From contig JAXLNO010003381.1 in assembly GCA_038087875.1 (NCBI GenBank), positions 1-64,000 on the forward strand: DNA of 64,000 nucleotides, given 5' to 3'. Made by a program: the position numbers and the translations under genes. Below are positions 11,611-25,000 of the stretch, one piece after another. Position 1 is the stretch's first letter. Every line of letters starts with the position of its first letter. The stretch comes from Malacoraja senta (lineage: Eukaryota). The notes beneath the pieces were generated by a model. That model searched no databases. It saw only the letters and a list, made by a program, of their open reading frames with translations, and had not been told where the DNA came from.

Positions 11611-14040
11611 TGTCATGAAGGTGAACAGGTAATCATTCAATGCATTCCTTTAGTAAACCACCATCTGCAGGTCCTTGTGTCTCTCTCTATTCATTAAATG
11701 AGTTCAGGAAAGCTTCAAGGTGTTGACAATGAACATTCAAAATAAGATCATTGCCTCCGGGCACCACATCCTGCCTTTACTTGCATTGCATGGCACAAAT
11801 CCACTAATCGTCTGCTGTTTAATGTTTCCTTGTGGTACAGAGTTGTACAGCACGGAAACAGGCCCTTCGGCCCAACTCGTACATGCCGATCAAGATGTCC
11901 CATCTAAACCAACCCCATCTGCCTGCATTTGGGCCATGTGCCTCTTATCACACACAGCTAGCATAATAAATGTTAAAACAAGGAACTACAGGTGCTGGTT
12001 AATACACAAAAAGGCACACAGTGCTGGAGTAACTCAGCGGGTCAGGCAGCATTTGTGGAGAACGTAGATAGGTGACGTTTCGGGTTGAGACCCTTCTTTA
12101 GACTGATTGTAGGTGCGGTGGGGGGGGGGGGGGCTGGAAGAAAAAAGCTGAAAGAGGGTTTGAAGAAATTAATTTAGTTTATTGTCACGAGTACTGCAGT
12201 ACAGTGAAAAGCTTCTTTTGTTGCGTGTTATTCCAGTCAGCGAAGAGATGACATGATTAAAATCAAACCGTCCACAGTGTACAGATACAGGATAAAGGGA
12301 ATAACATTTAGTGCAAGATAAAGCCCAATTAATTATAGTTCGATGATCTCCAATGAGGTGGATGATGGGTCAGGACCGCTCTCTAGTTTTGGTGATAGGA
12401 CGGTTCAGTTGCCTGATAACAGCGAGGAAGAAACTGAATCTGGAGGTAGACATTTTCACACTTCTGTACGTACCTCTTGCCTGGTGGGAGAGGGGAGTAA
12501 AGGGAGTGACCATGGTGAGACTGGTCCTTGATTCTGCTTCTGGCCTTGCCGAGGCAGCGTGAAGGATGGGGTAATGTTTAATTGTCTTGGGTTGAAACAA
12601 TGCAAATCATTCGAGCACAAGAGAACCCTCTAATCCAAAACAATTTGTTTCTCTCCAGGTATTAGCGGGACCAGAATCCAAATGGTTGAAACCAGGACCA
12701 AGTTGTCCAAAGCCTCGATAGAAGAATGTATAGTAGGAGCAAGCCTAGCTGTTTAAATGCTCGCTAAATGTAATTGAAGAGCATTTCTGCACAGCTAGGC
12801 ACCTTATTTCTTTAACAGCCTGTCTTTTGCTTGTATTTTCTTTTCTATTCTAATTACAAATGAGTGTTTTGATTTATAATTTACTGCCGAGAGATATAAC
12901 TGTCTCACTGCATTGTGACAGTGCTGTCTTTGTGAAATCACTTGAAACTGTATGATATGATTGTTCTGTAATTTAAAATAATTATCTTTGTTTGCTTTGT
13001 TTTTTTACCTGTTAGTTTTAGTCCACAGCCTGAGCTTAAAGCTCAGTTTGGCCTCAGTTCCAAAAGATGCTCTTGATTTTAACCATGATTTAAAAAAAAA
13101 AAAAGCCTGTACCTGGTGGTCATTGGATCCTATTTGGCAATTGCCACTTTTGTCTTCTGATACTTCTGTCTTTCCCTGAATCAGCGCTGACCGTATTAAA
13201 TGACGAGTATCAAGTTTTAAACTAACCAGTCAGTACAAAAGCAGCTGTAAATATCACTGTGTTACCAAAAACAAGATGTGAAATGGTTTTGTTTGAGAAT
13301 TTCAGTTTTGCGTTTCCCTCTCCCTCTAGTGCTACCCTTGTACGCCTTAATATATCGGCACCATAAATGACTACATTTCCGATCGTGAATCGGTATCAAT
13401 CGGGCAAAGAGAACTAAAGCTTGCATCTATTAATTCGGTGGGGAAAAATAAATTTGAACGGGTCAGTCTTCGAATTCTGGTCATTTATATTTTGACAAAA
13501 TCAAACTGGGACAAGATTGTGCCATATGGAGTCCGTGGTCTCTGAATCCTTGTGGCTTCTTATTCCACAGACACCTGTTGCATACAACACGCACACAAAA
13601 CATTTCCGAGATTATGTACCGTTTGTGATGGAGCTTTTAAAAAAAAAAAACACCAGCAAAATCTTGGTGCATTTTCAGAACCTTATCCGAGCACTAGATG
13701 GTGACCTCTCAATGCTGTGGGTTTTATGTCTTTGAGGTTGGATACCCAATCGTGGGACCAGAAAGTACTTTTACTCCAGTTACATGAAAATATATATTTT
13801 AAAAAAAATAATAAAGAATTTAAAAATCATTATATAAACACAAATTGTTTTTACTCAAAAATGCCTCTGCTGTTTTATGTGCTGTGACGGAGATGAGACG
13901 AATTATGTAGAAACAAGGAACTGCAGGTACTGGTTTACCAAAAAAGACGCAGAGTGCTGGAGTAACTCAGCGGGTTCATACAAGGTCTGTGGATAACGTG
14001 GACAGGTGACGTTTTGGGTCAGGACTCTTCTTCAGACTAC

Positions 14041-17000
14041 ATTGGTTCAATTATTGGTTTGGTTACTAAGGATTTAGTAACCAACCCAATTGGCCTTTTT
14101 CCAATAATCTATCAAATAACAGTGAAATTTCACTACACCAATTGGTGTATGTGACAATAAATGGACCTTATGAAATAACCCTCTCGCCTGTGTTCACCTG
14201 TTACCGGCCATGCTCTGTCCAACCCCTCTTTCCCAGCTTTCTTTCTTGCCCTCCCCGCAATCAGTCCGAAGAAGGGTCCCTGACGCAAAACGTCACCGAT
14301 GCAAGTTCTCCAGAGATGTTGCCTGACCCGCTGAGTTACTTCAGCACTTTGTGTCTTGAGATGAACTATCAACATATGGCTACATAGTTCAAGTTCAAGT
14401 GAGTTTATTGTCATGTGTCCCTGATAGGACAATGAAATTCTTGCTTTGCTTTAGCACTACAGAACATAGTAGGTATTGACTACAAAACAGTCAATAAGCA
14501 AGAAACCTTTATTTCTGTCACTTTCTGTTCAGGTGCTGTATCTTTACTTACTCGTCCCACCTGCCTGCATTTGGCCCATATCCCTCTAAATCTTGTTAGG
14601 GAAAGGTTTTTAGGAATTATAAATAGGATTGACAGATTAAAAAAAAAATCTGTTGCAAATGAGATGTGAAATCAGCAGAATTGATTAAATGAAACTGTTG
14701 AATCCAGTGTTAATCACAATGTGCCTTGCTGCAGGGCGAGTTAGCTACGCAGAACAGTGCATGAGGCAATGGAGAGAGAGACTCATATAGTACAGATAAA
14801 GGCCTTTCGGCCCAAGTCGTCCATTCCTAACTTTTTAAACCCTTTTTAACTTGTTTCCTTTGGTTCTTGATTTTCCCTCCTCTGGGTGAACGACTCTGTG
14901 CATTCACCCTATCTATTCCCTTAATGTTTCATGCACCTTTATAAACTCACCCCTCAGCCTCCTGCAGTCAAAGGACCTCTCCCTACAGCTCAGGCCCTCA
15001 AGTCCTGGCAATATTCTCGTAAATCTTCTTTGCGCTCCTTCCAGCTGAGTGACATCCTGTAGCAAGGTTGACCAAAACTGAACACACTATTCCAAATGTG
15101 GCCTCACCAATGTATTGTACAACTGTAACAAAGACTGGAACAGAGAATAAAGTGTTGGTGTCTGGAAGTTGGGGACAACTGAATGGAGGTGTTCTGAAAG
15201 CCCAGGCTTGCATCGATCTGAATAAGGGTCCAGAACGGTGCCTGTCCACACCCTCCACAGATGCTGCCTGAACTGCTGAATTCCTCCAGCATTTGTGGTT
15301 TTACTCAAAATTCCAGCATTGCAGTTCCTTGTGTCTCACTTTCTTCGATCAGTGTTGTGTGACTTGACCTTGGTAAGGAAGAAAAGTGCTACAGTGGGTC
15401 AGTCAGCATCTCTGCGGAACATGGATGGGCGACGATTTGCGTCGGGACCCTTCTGGGGACTTGGAACATCAAGGTGTGGGCATGGGTACAAAGGTAAGGC
15501 CTCTGCTGAGGACTGAGGGGAGAAATTGGTGCGAGTTCAGCTGAGTAACAGGGGAGGAGGATGTGGGGGAGAAAGGGGAGGGGGAAGGATGGGGGTGTTA
15601 GAGGTTACATAAAATTGGAGAATTCAATGTTCATACCATTGGGTTGGAAGCTACCCATTCAGAATATGAGCAGCATTGCTGCTGGAAATTACTTTAAAGA
15701 ATGCATCATTTGAACTGTTAGCGCTTTAAATGTTTCCTCTATTATAAAACTAATATCATCATATGTAACCATTCTTGCTCAATTAGTCCTTGCTTTCTCC
15801 CTCCCTCCCTCCCCTTCCCAGCTCTCCCAAAGTCTACTGTCTCCGCCTCTTCTTTTCTTCTTCCCGCCTCCCCCCCCCCCACCTCCACATCAGTCTGAAG
15901 GAGGGTCTCGACCCGAAACGTCACCTATTCGTTCAAGGTCATTCCAGCATTGATGCTGCCTCACCCGCTGAGTTCCTCCAGCATTTTTGTCTTACCTTGG
16001 ATTTTTCCAGCATCTGCAGTTCTTTCTTAAACATTCTTCCTCAATATGTCACCCATTCCTTCTCTCCAGAGGTGCTGCATGTCTCGCTGATGTTACTTCA
16101 GCATCTTGTATCTATCTTTGATTTAAAGCAGCATCTTCAGTTCTTTCCTGCACACTTCCTGAATCCTATGCCTTTATCATGCATTCTCTTTGTGTAACTT
16201 TAGCCTATTGTTCCCTGCTTCCTAGTTACAGTATTGGGGGACCATCAAGAAGCTCGGTGACTAAACTTACCTGTTTGATTATTTCTATAAAATGTTTAAA
16301 ATCACTGCTGTATAAAAACTGATCACTACAAGTGTCGGAAACAAATGTTGTGTGGGAGTGAAGATAGACACAAAAAGCCAAAGTAACTCAGCGGGTTAGG
16401 CGACATCTCTGGAGAAAAGGAATAGGTGACATTTTGGATCGAGACCCTTCTTCAGACAGAGTCAGGGAGGGAGAAATGAGTGATATGAAAAGATACGTAG
16501 ACCAAATCAATGAAATGTACGAAATGAAAAGACAAATCAAAGCCAGCATTGATGATCAAGGAAATGTGGAGCCCACAATGATCCATTGTTGGCTGTGGAG
16601 CATGTGATAAGGAGTGAGACAGTGAAACTCTGCAGGATGACAGTTAACCAATATGACGACTAGGGTGGGCGGAGAGGGGATGCAAGGGTTACTTGAAGTT
16701 GGAGAAATCAATATTCATACCGTTGGGTTGTAAGTTGCCCAAGTGATAGATGTTTCTCTAATTTATGTGTGGCCTCACTTTGACAGTGGAGGAGGCCCAG
16801 GTCAGAATGGGAAGGGGAGTGAAAGTGTTTAGCAACAGGGAGTTCACATTGTGTGTCGTTGTACATCGTGTGGTTTGCTGCAGCCACAGTCCTTGAATCA
16901 ATAACTTCCTGTCTGCTGTAGATCTGCCCACATGCAAAACCAGCATCAATATAACTGAGCTGAGCACTAGTTTTAACCAAAGATCTTGGTTTTGACGATA

Positions 17001-17912
17001 ATTCAATGTGTTTTCGTAACCACCACCGCAGTTATATAAGGGCTGACTTGTTCTGACGATAAGAATGATTGGTCAAAGCTGTTTAACAAAAAGTTAAGTG
17101 GCCACTGGATGAATTATTTAGTCTCAATTATCTTCATTTAATTTGGTAATCTCATTGATTTCTTCAGACTTCGAGACTTCTGTTATGCATATTTGATTTT
17201 TTTTTAGTTTTTTCCCTTTTCTTTAATGGAATGCTGAAGTTAATAATGAAATTAATCTCAAATAGATTTAAGATTAGCACAGTGGCGCAGCAGGAGAGCT
17301 GCCGTCTCACAGCGCTCAGAGACCCGGGTTTGATCCTGACCACCGGTGCTGTCAGTGTGGAGTTTGCACGTTCTCTCTGGATCAGTGTGAGTTTTTTTTT
17401 CTGGGTGCTCTGATTTCCTCCCACATCCCAAAGACGTGTGGGTTTGTGGGACAATTGGCCTCTGTAAATTGCACCTGGTGTATCGGGAGTGGATGAGAAA
17501 GTGGTTAAGTTTTGTTCAAGAAAGGACTGCAGATGCTGGAAAAATCGAAGGTAGGAAAATGCTGGAGGAACTGAGCGGGTGAGGCAGCATTTATGGAGCG
17601 AAGGAATAGGCGACGTTTCGGGTCGAGCCCCTTCAGATTTCATGCTTTATCTCTGGACTCCAAAACAAAGCCCAATGTGCCGCTAAGAGGGAGAGAAATC
17701 CTCAATGATATTTTAGAGCCCTGTCTCAAATAATAAACAAGTTCAGATATGTTACCTTTGCTTTCTCTCTGATTTATCTTGGTATGGGATTAACTGGTTT
17801 ATGCCAGTCAATGTGCCAACTGCATGGATAATGTTTCCCCATCTCTGCTAAACGCCGCACTTGAAACAACTTGCACAACTCTGAAATGGGGCCCTTCGAT
17901 CTGTCACCTCCA
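14041..17912. repeat. Copy 2 of the ~4-kb direct segmental duplication
   Basis: See 3423-7390. This copy lacks the PLE hairpin insert at 3702-4077. Confidence 0.9.
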
Positions 17913-18163
17913 AGCTAAACCTTGTACTCTGATCTAGTTTGCCTGCAGTCGGTCCATTTCCGTCCGTGTTTTGCATACTTAAGGGTCTAAATATAATACA
18001 GTAAACCTTTGTTGTAACGGGGAAAATGGTGTCCGTTATAGCTGAGTGTCTGCTACAACAGAGTGTAATATGAGGCGTTTCATGTGTAGAGACCCAACAA
18101 TAACATTTAGGCTGAGCAAGGACTGCACTGACAGAGGTGCCTGTTCTTCAGTGGAAACATTAA

Positions 18164-18455
18164 AGCACGGTGGCACAGCGGTAGAGTCGCTACCTTACAG
18201 CTACAGCGCCAGAGACCCGGGTTCGATCCTGACTACGGGGTGCTGTCTCTACGGAGTTTACACCTTCTCCCCGTGACCTTGCTTCGGTTTCCTCCCACAC
18301 GTACAAGTTTGTAGGCTAATTGGATTGGTATGAATGTAAATCGTGTCTAGTGTGTGTGTAGGATAGTGTTAGTGTGCGGGGATCGCTGGTCGGTGCGGAC
18401 CCGGTGGGCCGAAGGACCTGTTTCCGTTCTGTATCTCTAAACTAACCTAAACTAA
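18164..18455 (+). mobile_element. tRNA-derived V-SINE (HE1-like), representative of about 20 copies
   Basis: A-box GGTGGCACAGCGG, B-box GGTTCGATCC, V-domain remnant GGTTTCCTCCCACA, CR1-like 3' end with (TAAAC)n tail. Confidence 0.85.
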
Positions 18456-20025
18456 GCAAAGCTCCAAGGCCGAGGAAGTGGCATGTGGTGGCGTCGGCAG
18501 CCCGGCCTGACAGTGAAGTTCGGTCGGTCTCTCCGCTATAATCGGTGCGATATAAAGAGAGGGGATCTCATAGAAACATATAAAATTCCTAAGGGAATGG
18601 AAGGCTAGATGCAGGAGAAATGTTTCCCCCCGTGTCGGGGACAGTCCAGAACCAGGGGTCACAGTTTAAGAATTAGAGAGAGATTAGAGATTCCTTTATC
18701 TGTCATTCAGACCTTTCGGTCTGAACGAAACTTCGTTGCCTGCAGTCATACATACAATAATAAATGACAAAACACACAATAAACACAAATTAACATCCAC
18801 CACAGTGAGTTCACCAGGCACCTCCTCACTGTGATGGAGGCAAAAGTCCCAAAGTCTCTGTCTCTTCCCGCTTTGTTCTCCCTCTGCGCTGAGGCGATCC
18901 AGGCTTTTGATGCTGTCGCCCCGCCGGGCGACGGTAAGCCAGTCCAGCGGCCGAATCCGTGCTCCGCGACGGGCCGACTCAAACTCCGCGGCCCGGGGTG
19001 GTCGAAGCTGCCGAAGCTGCCGCCCTCCAGTCCAGCGGACGCAGCTGTAGTTGCGGGAGCCCCAGATTTCCATTTAGGACTGAGATGAGGAAAATCTTTC
19101 TCACCCAGAGAGTTGTGAATCTGTGGAATTCTCTGCCACTGAAGGCAGTGGAGGCCAATTCACTGGATGTATTCAAGAGAGAGTTAGATATTCTTAGGGC
19201 TAACGGAATCAAGGGATATGGGGAGAAAGCAGGAACGGGAACTGATTCTGGATGATCAGCTTTGATCGTATTGAATGGTGGTGCTGGCTCGAAGGGCCGA
19301 ATGGCCTACTCCACCTATTTTCAATGTTTCTATGTTTCTATAAAGAGGTCTGTAAAAACGAGGTGTTTACTGTAATTGTATCGGACTCCACCACTCATTT
19401 ATCATTCAAGTCAGGATGTGTGAACTTGATGACCCTGTGGTCCATCAACCACTTTCTTCAAATCAAATTAGAGAACAATTTTCAGGAACTTCATAAGCTC
19501 CCCAAATTCAAAACCAAATGACACGTCAATTTTTAAAAATATTCATAAGGTCATAAGTCCAAGGAGTAGAATTAGGCCACTCGGCCCATCAAGTCTACTG
19601 TGCCATTCAATTTTGGCTGATCTATCTCTCCTTCTAACGCCATTCTCCTCCCTTCTTGCCATAACATCTGACACCTGCACCTATTCTGCAGAATCAGAGT
19701 GAACATTAACAACAGAAGAGCAGAGAACTCAGATGGTTAATTGGAAATGATGGATGAAAGGAGGTTGGTTAACTTTCGATGACGGTCTGGTAAAAAGGTA
19801 AGTTGGAATTTTTTTTTAGCACATTAACCACAATAGACTTTTTTTCTAAGAGTTCTCGAACAATTTATTTGTGGCTTTGCTGGTACATATGACAATTAAC
19901 ACACACGAGGTTAAGGTGTGATTTTATAGAGGTGTTTAAAATCATGAGGTGAATTAATGGGATGAATACACTGAGTCTTTTGCTCAGAGTAGAGGAATCA
20001 AGAACCAGCGGGCATGGGTTCAAGG

Positions 20026-20390
20026 CAAGGGTTCCCAACCTGGGGTAAATTTCGCCTAACCAGGGGGTAAATTTGTTGATTCTAGATTTGTCCATATTTT
20101 TTCTCATTGATTGACTGTGTCTGCTTCTGGTGTACCGGCATTTGCTCATCATTAGTTGTTGATAAATAAGTGAAATAACATTGTTATGTGCTATTAAAGT
20201 TGCCAGGGGGGTGGGAGATTGCAACCTTCATGTGGTCCGCCCTGTTTCAACAAATTCAATCAAGCTGGCGTGCACAATCAAATAAGATCAAATAGAACAC
20301 GTAGTCCTACAACTTTAGGCTGTGCGCGCCATACGCAAGAAGAAGAAAGTTGCCAGGGGTAAACGTGACGAAAAAGGTTGGGAACCCCTG
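20026..20390. mobile_element. hAT (Charlie-like) MITE inserted in a CR1 3' fragment
   Basis: TIRs caagggttcccaacct / aggttgggaacccctg; 8-bp TSD gttcaagg (20018-20025) / gtttaagg (20391-20398). Confidence 0.85.
20210..20345 (+). mobile_element. Short retroposon 3' end with (AAG)n tail nested in the MITE
   Basis: 14-bp TSD aaagttgccagggg at 20196-20209 and 20346-20359. Confidence 0.75.
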
Positions 20391-21826
20391 GTTTAAGGTG
20401 AGAGGGGAAAGGTTTAAAATGTACCCGAGTGGCAACTTTTTCACTCAAGGGGTGGTGGGTTACATCGAACGAGCTGCCAGAGGAGGTAGTTGAGGCGGGT
20501 ACTAAAACAACATTTAAAAGACACTTGGACAGGTACATGGAAAGAGCAGGTTTAGAGGGAAATGGACCAAACGCAGGCGAACTGGACTAGCGTCGATGGG
20601 GCCTCATGGGCAAGTTGGGTTGAAAGGCCTGTTTCTGTTCTCTAGGATTCTCGCACTCTTGAGTTGTGAGCACTCTGTTTTATCTGTTAAAAACCTAGAT
20701 TTATCGTCAGGCTGGATATAGACAACTTTTGTAGCCTCTCTATACCTCTGAATTACAACATTTTCTTCTTGTATTGCATAGATCGCTTTGATCTTTGTGG
20801 AAATCTATCATGTTTAGTCATGTAATTGAACTGATTCCTTCCTGCTGCTCCTGATATTATATTATGGTGTCAGAGTTGACCTTCCACGTGACAAATAGGG
20901 ATGACCAAGCGTGTGCTTGGCTGCCATTCTTGCATGAGTGAAAAACGAGGAAGGATTATTTCTAAGCCTTTCCCGTGGACCAGGAGTACTGCAATAGTGT
21001 GTATGAGTCAAGCGTCGAGTAGATGTCTTGGTTTATGCTCACGTGTACTGAGATACAGTGGGGGGAAACGTTGTTTCCTTCCTCATATTCCCCTCAAGTA
21101 GAAGAGTTCATAAGTTCTCGGAGCAAAATTAGTCCATTCGGCCCACCAAGTCTACTCCGCCATTCAATCAACCGAGTTCGGTTCTGACTGTGGGTACTGT
21201 CTGAACGGAGTTTACATGTTCTCCCCATGTCACACACAGCAGTCGTCATTATTTTCTTTGTATCTTCTTTTCTCCAGCATTTTAGAGCCACGAGTTATAT
21301 CGCTGTATACTGTAATATATTAAAAAAAACACTTTCTGTTTTGGTAAATCCACTTGTTTGTCAAAATTATGCCTGAGATTTAAAGCAGGAAGTGAGTTAT
21401 CCATGAGGCAATTGTTTTCATGTGGGTTTTTCCTCCGGGTGCTCCGGTTTCCCCCCTCACTCCAAAGACGTGCGGGTTTGGTTTCTGTGTAAACATTGTC
21501 CCGAGTGTGTAGCATAGAACAAGTGTCCAAAGATGATCCATGCTCGGTGTGGATTTGGTGGGCTGAAGGACCTGTTTCCACACTATATCTCAAACTAGAA
21601 AGCCAAGCAAAGATTACAATCCAGGCAAACTTCAGTGATCTCTAGATCTTGGACACGCTTCTTTATGCTTGTAATTAATTTCTTAAGAACTTTGTTGAAA
21701 TGTGAACGGGTGATTAGTGGCTGACGTGGACTCGATGGGTCAAAGGTCCTGTTTCCATGTTGCAAATGTAAATGTTTACGAGAATGGCGTTAACTTGGGA
21801 TGTTTGTGGAAGCTGGAGCAATTACA

Positions 21827-22006
21827 CTAAGACCGGAACACCAGAGCAGAATATTCCACCGATTCTGAAGAATGGATCTTGACGTCTTCATTTTGCTCTT
21901 TTAGATCCTTAAGATTGGAATAAATCGCAGGACTTGCTTCGGTCTGAGCTGACGACTGAATGGTCACGGTGGAATATGCAATCGTATCTTCAGTTTCACC
22001 TTCAGA
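21827..22006 (-). CDS. Gene A terminal ITIM exon (SEGETEDTIAYSTV...SPAIYSNL...ESVEYSALVFRS*)
   Basis: Acceptor ctctttttattccag|TCT; 60 codons to TAG. IAYSTV and VEYSAL are canonical ITIMs; AIYSNL lies between them. Confidence 0.88.
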   Translation of the reverse strand, partial: SEGETEDTIAYSTVTIQSSAQTEASPAIYSNLKDLKEQNEDVKIHSSESVEYSALVFRS

Positions 22007-25000
22007 CTGGAATAAAAAGAGTCAGTTAGATGTTTAAGTACAAACGCAAAATACTGTGGAAATCTGAGAATAGGGTGGCGCAGCGTTTGAGTTGCGGCCT
22101 CGCAGCGCCAGAGACCCTGGTTCAATCCCGACAACGGGTGCTGTCTGTACGGAGTTTGTACGTTCTCCCGGTGAGCCGCGTGGGTTTTCTCTGAGATCTT
22201 CGGTTTCCTCCCACACTCCAAAGACGTACAGGTTTGTATGTTAATTGGTTTGGTATAAATGTAAAATTGTCCCTTGTGTGTGTAGGGCCGTGTTAATGTG
22301 CAGGAATCGCTGGTCGGCACGGGCTCGGTGGGCCGAAGGGCCTGTTTCCGCGGTGTATCTCTAAACAAATAAACTAACTGCAGGAAATGTTCCCAATGTT
22401 GGGCGTGTGCAGAACCAGGGGCCACAGTCTTAGAATAAAGGGGAGGCCATTTAAGACTGAGATGAGAAAAAAACGTTTTCACGCAGACAGTTGTGAATTT
22501 GTGGCATTGAGAGAGTTGGATAGAGCTCCAGGGGCTAGTGATCTTAAGGGATATGTGGAGAAGGCAGGCACGGGTTATTGATTGGGGACGATCAGCCATG
22601 GTCGCAATGAATGGCGGTGCTGGCTCGAAGGGCCGAATGGTCTCCTCCTGCACCTATTTTCTATGTTTCTATGTGTCTATGAAATGCTCAACAGGTCAGG
22701 CAGCAAACGTGGAGAGAGAAACCGAATCAAAGGGCAGTATTGCGTTGTGATTTGTTAAAGAAAAGGACACAAAGTGCTGGATTAACTCAGCGGGTCAGGC
22801 AGCATCTCTGGAGAATATGAATCGGTCAGGACCCTGCTTCAGACTCAAAGGTCCCGACCTGAAATGTCACCTATCCATGTTCTCCAGAAATGCTGCCTGA
22901 CCGGCTGAGCTACTCCTGCACTCTGTCTTGTTCTGTAAATCAGCCTCTACAGTTCAACACGTGTAAAGAAGAGATGTATCCTGTTCAGAATTTGAAAGGA
23001 TAAATAATACAGTATGGTTTCACACAGCTCTACATTCTTACCTTGGCTGTGGTGGGAGTTTTTGAGTTTTTGCAACCATCTGCAAAACAGGTAACAGCAT
23101 GTAATTTAGAATAACAATAGTTCTCATATTTCCCCGAGTAGCAGAAAAAACATTGAACAGTACAGTACATGAAACGGGCCCTTCGGCCCACATTGTCTAT
23201 ACCCGACATGGTGCCAAGTTAAACTAATCCCCTCTGCCTTCAAGTGATCCACATCCCTCCATTCCCTGCATATCCATGTGCCTATCTAAAAGCCCCGTAA
23301 ATGTCGCTATCGTATCTGCCTCCACCACCACCCCTGGCAGCACGTTCCAGGAGTCTCCGACTCTCCCCGCATTTGTCCCGCACGTCTCCTTTAAATTTTG
23401 CCCCGCAGGTGCTGGCCACAAAGCTATGGTAGAGTTGCTGCCTAACAGTGCCAGAAACCCGAGTTCGATCCTGACTACGGTTGGTGTCTGTACGGAGTTT
23501 GTACGTTCTCCCTGTAACCATGTGGATTTTCTACGGGTGCTCCGGTTTCCACCCACACTCCAAAGATGTACAAGTTTGTAGGTTAATTGGCTCCTGTAAT
23601 ATTGTAAATTGTCCCTGGTGTGTAGGATAGTGCTGGTGTACCGGGGTGATCGCCGGTTGGCGCGGATTCAATGGGGCCCAAGGGCCTGTTTCCATGCTGT
23701 ATCTATTCCTCCCACGTTACAAAGTCGTGCAGGTTTGTCGGTGAATTGGCTTCTGTAAATCGTCCCTAATGTGTAGGATAGAACTAGTGTAAGGGTGAGT
23801 GTTGGTCGGTGTGGACTCGGTGGGCCGAGGGCCCTGTTTGCACACTGTTTCTCTTAAAAATAAATACTGTAGCTGGGGAACAAGGAGATGGTAGACTTCT
23901 TGATGGATGTGGTTGAAAGCAGGTTTGTTCCGCTTGTGATGAGGTGTCAACCGCAGCACACATCTCAGTTCCCCACTCTCTTCCGCACTCATGCTCCCCC
24001 CCCTCCCCCCTTCCCCCTCCCACTAACCAACCGAGCATTTTACCAGAAGCTGCAACCACATGTTACTTTCCGGTCTTATCAACCGAGTACCACTTCCTTT
24101 TCATACTCATACACTGAGGAGACGCTCGTGGTTGTGGGTTCAAGACCCACGACTGAAACCTGACTCTTCAGACTGCGAGTCAGGGGAGAGGGAAACGAGA
24201 TATATGAAAAAGTACATCGAATAAATGATTGAAAGGCACGTAAAAAGACGGATCAAAGCCAGCACCGATGATCAAGGAAATGTGGAGCCCACAATTGTCC
24301 ATTGTTGGCTGTGGGGAAAGTGATAATGAGAGCGGATCTTATTGAAACATATAAGATGTTTAAGGGTTTGGACACGCAAGGGCAGGAAACATGTTCCCGA
24401 TGTTGGGAGAGTCCAGAACCAGGGGCCACAGTTTAAGAATAAGGGGTAAGCCATTTCGAACAGAGATGAGGAAACATTTTTTCACGCAGAGAGTTGTGAG
24501 TCTGTGGAATTCTCTGCCTCAGAGGGCGGTGGAGGCAGGTTCCCTGGATACTTTCAAGAGAGAGCTAGATAGGGCTCTTAAAGATAGCGGAGTCAGGGGA
24601 TATGGGGAGAAGGCAGGAACGGGGTACTGATTGGGGATGATCAGCCATGATCACATTAAATGGCGGTGCTGGCTCGAAGGGCCGAATGGCCTTCTCCTGC
24701 TCCTATTGTCTATTGTCTATTGATACAAACAGTGAAACTCAGCAGGATGACAGTGAAACTAGTGCGACGACCAGATTGGGGGAGAGACGGAGAGAGAAGG
24801 AATACAAAAGTTACTTGGAGTTTGAGAAATCAATATTCACACCGCTGGGGTTGTAAGCTGCCCAAGCGAAATATGAGGCGCTGATCATCCAATTTGCATT
24901 TGGCCTCACTGTGACAGTGGAGGAGGCCAAGGACAGAAAGGTCAGTGTGGGAATGGGAAGGGGAGTTAACTAATGGCAACTGGGAGATGGCGTGGGTCAA

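Noticed and set aside
18164-18240. tRNA-like A/B boxes in many places
   Set aside because: SINE heads, each followed by a V-domain and LINE tail; no complete cloverleaf was seen.
19692-19797. Plus-strand segment with acceptor and strong AAAG|gtaagt donor
   Set aside because: Stops in all three frames and no partner exons; at most non-coding.
21964-22653. 229-aa minus-strand ORF
   Set aside because: Read-through of CR1 and SINE sequence. It overlaps the real terminal exon of gene A in another frame.
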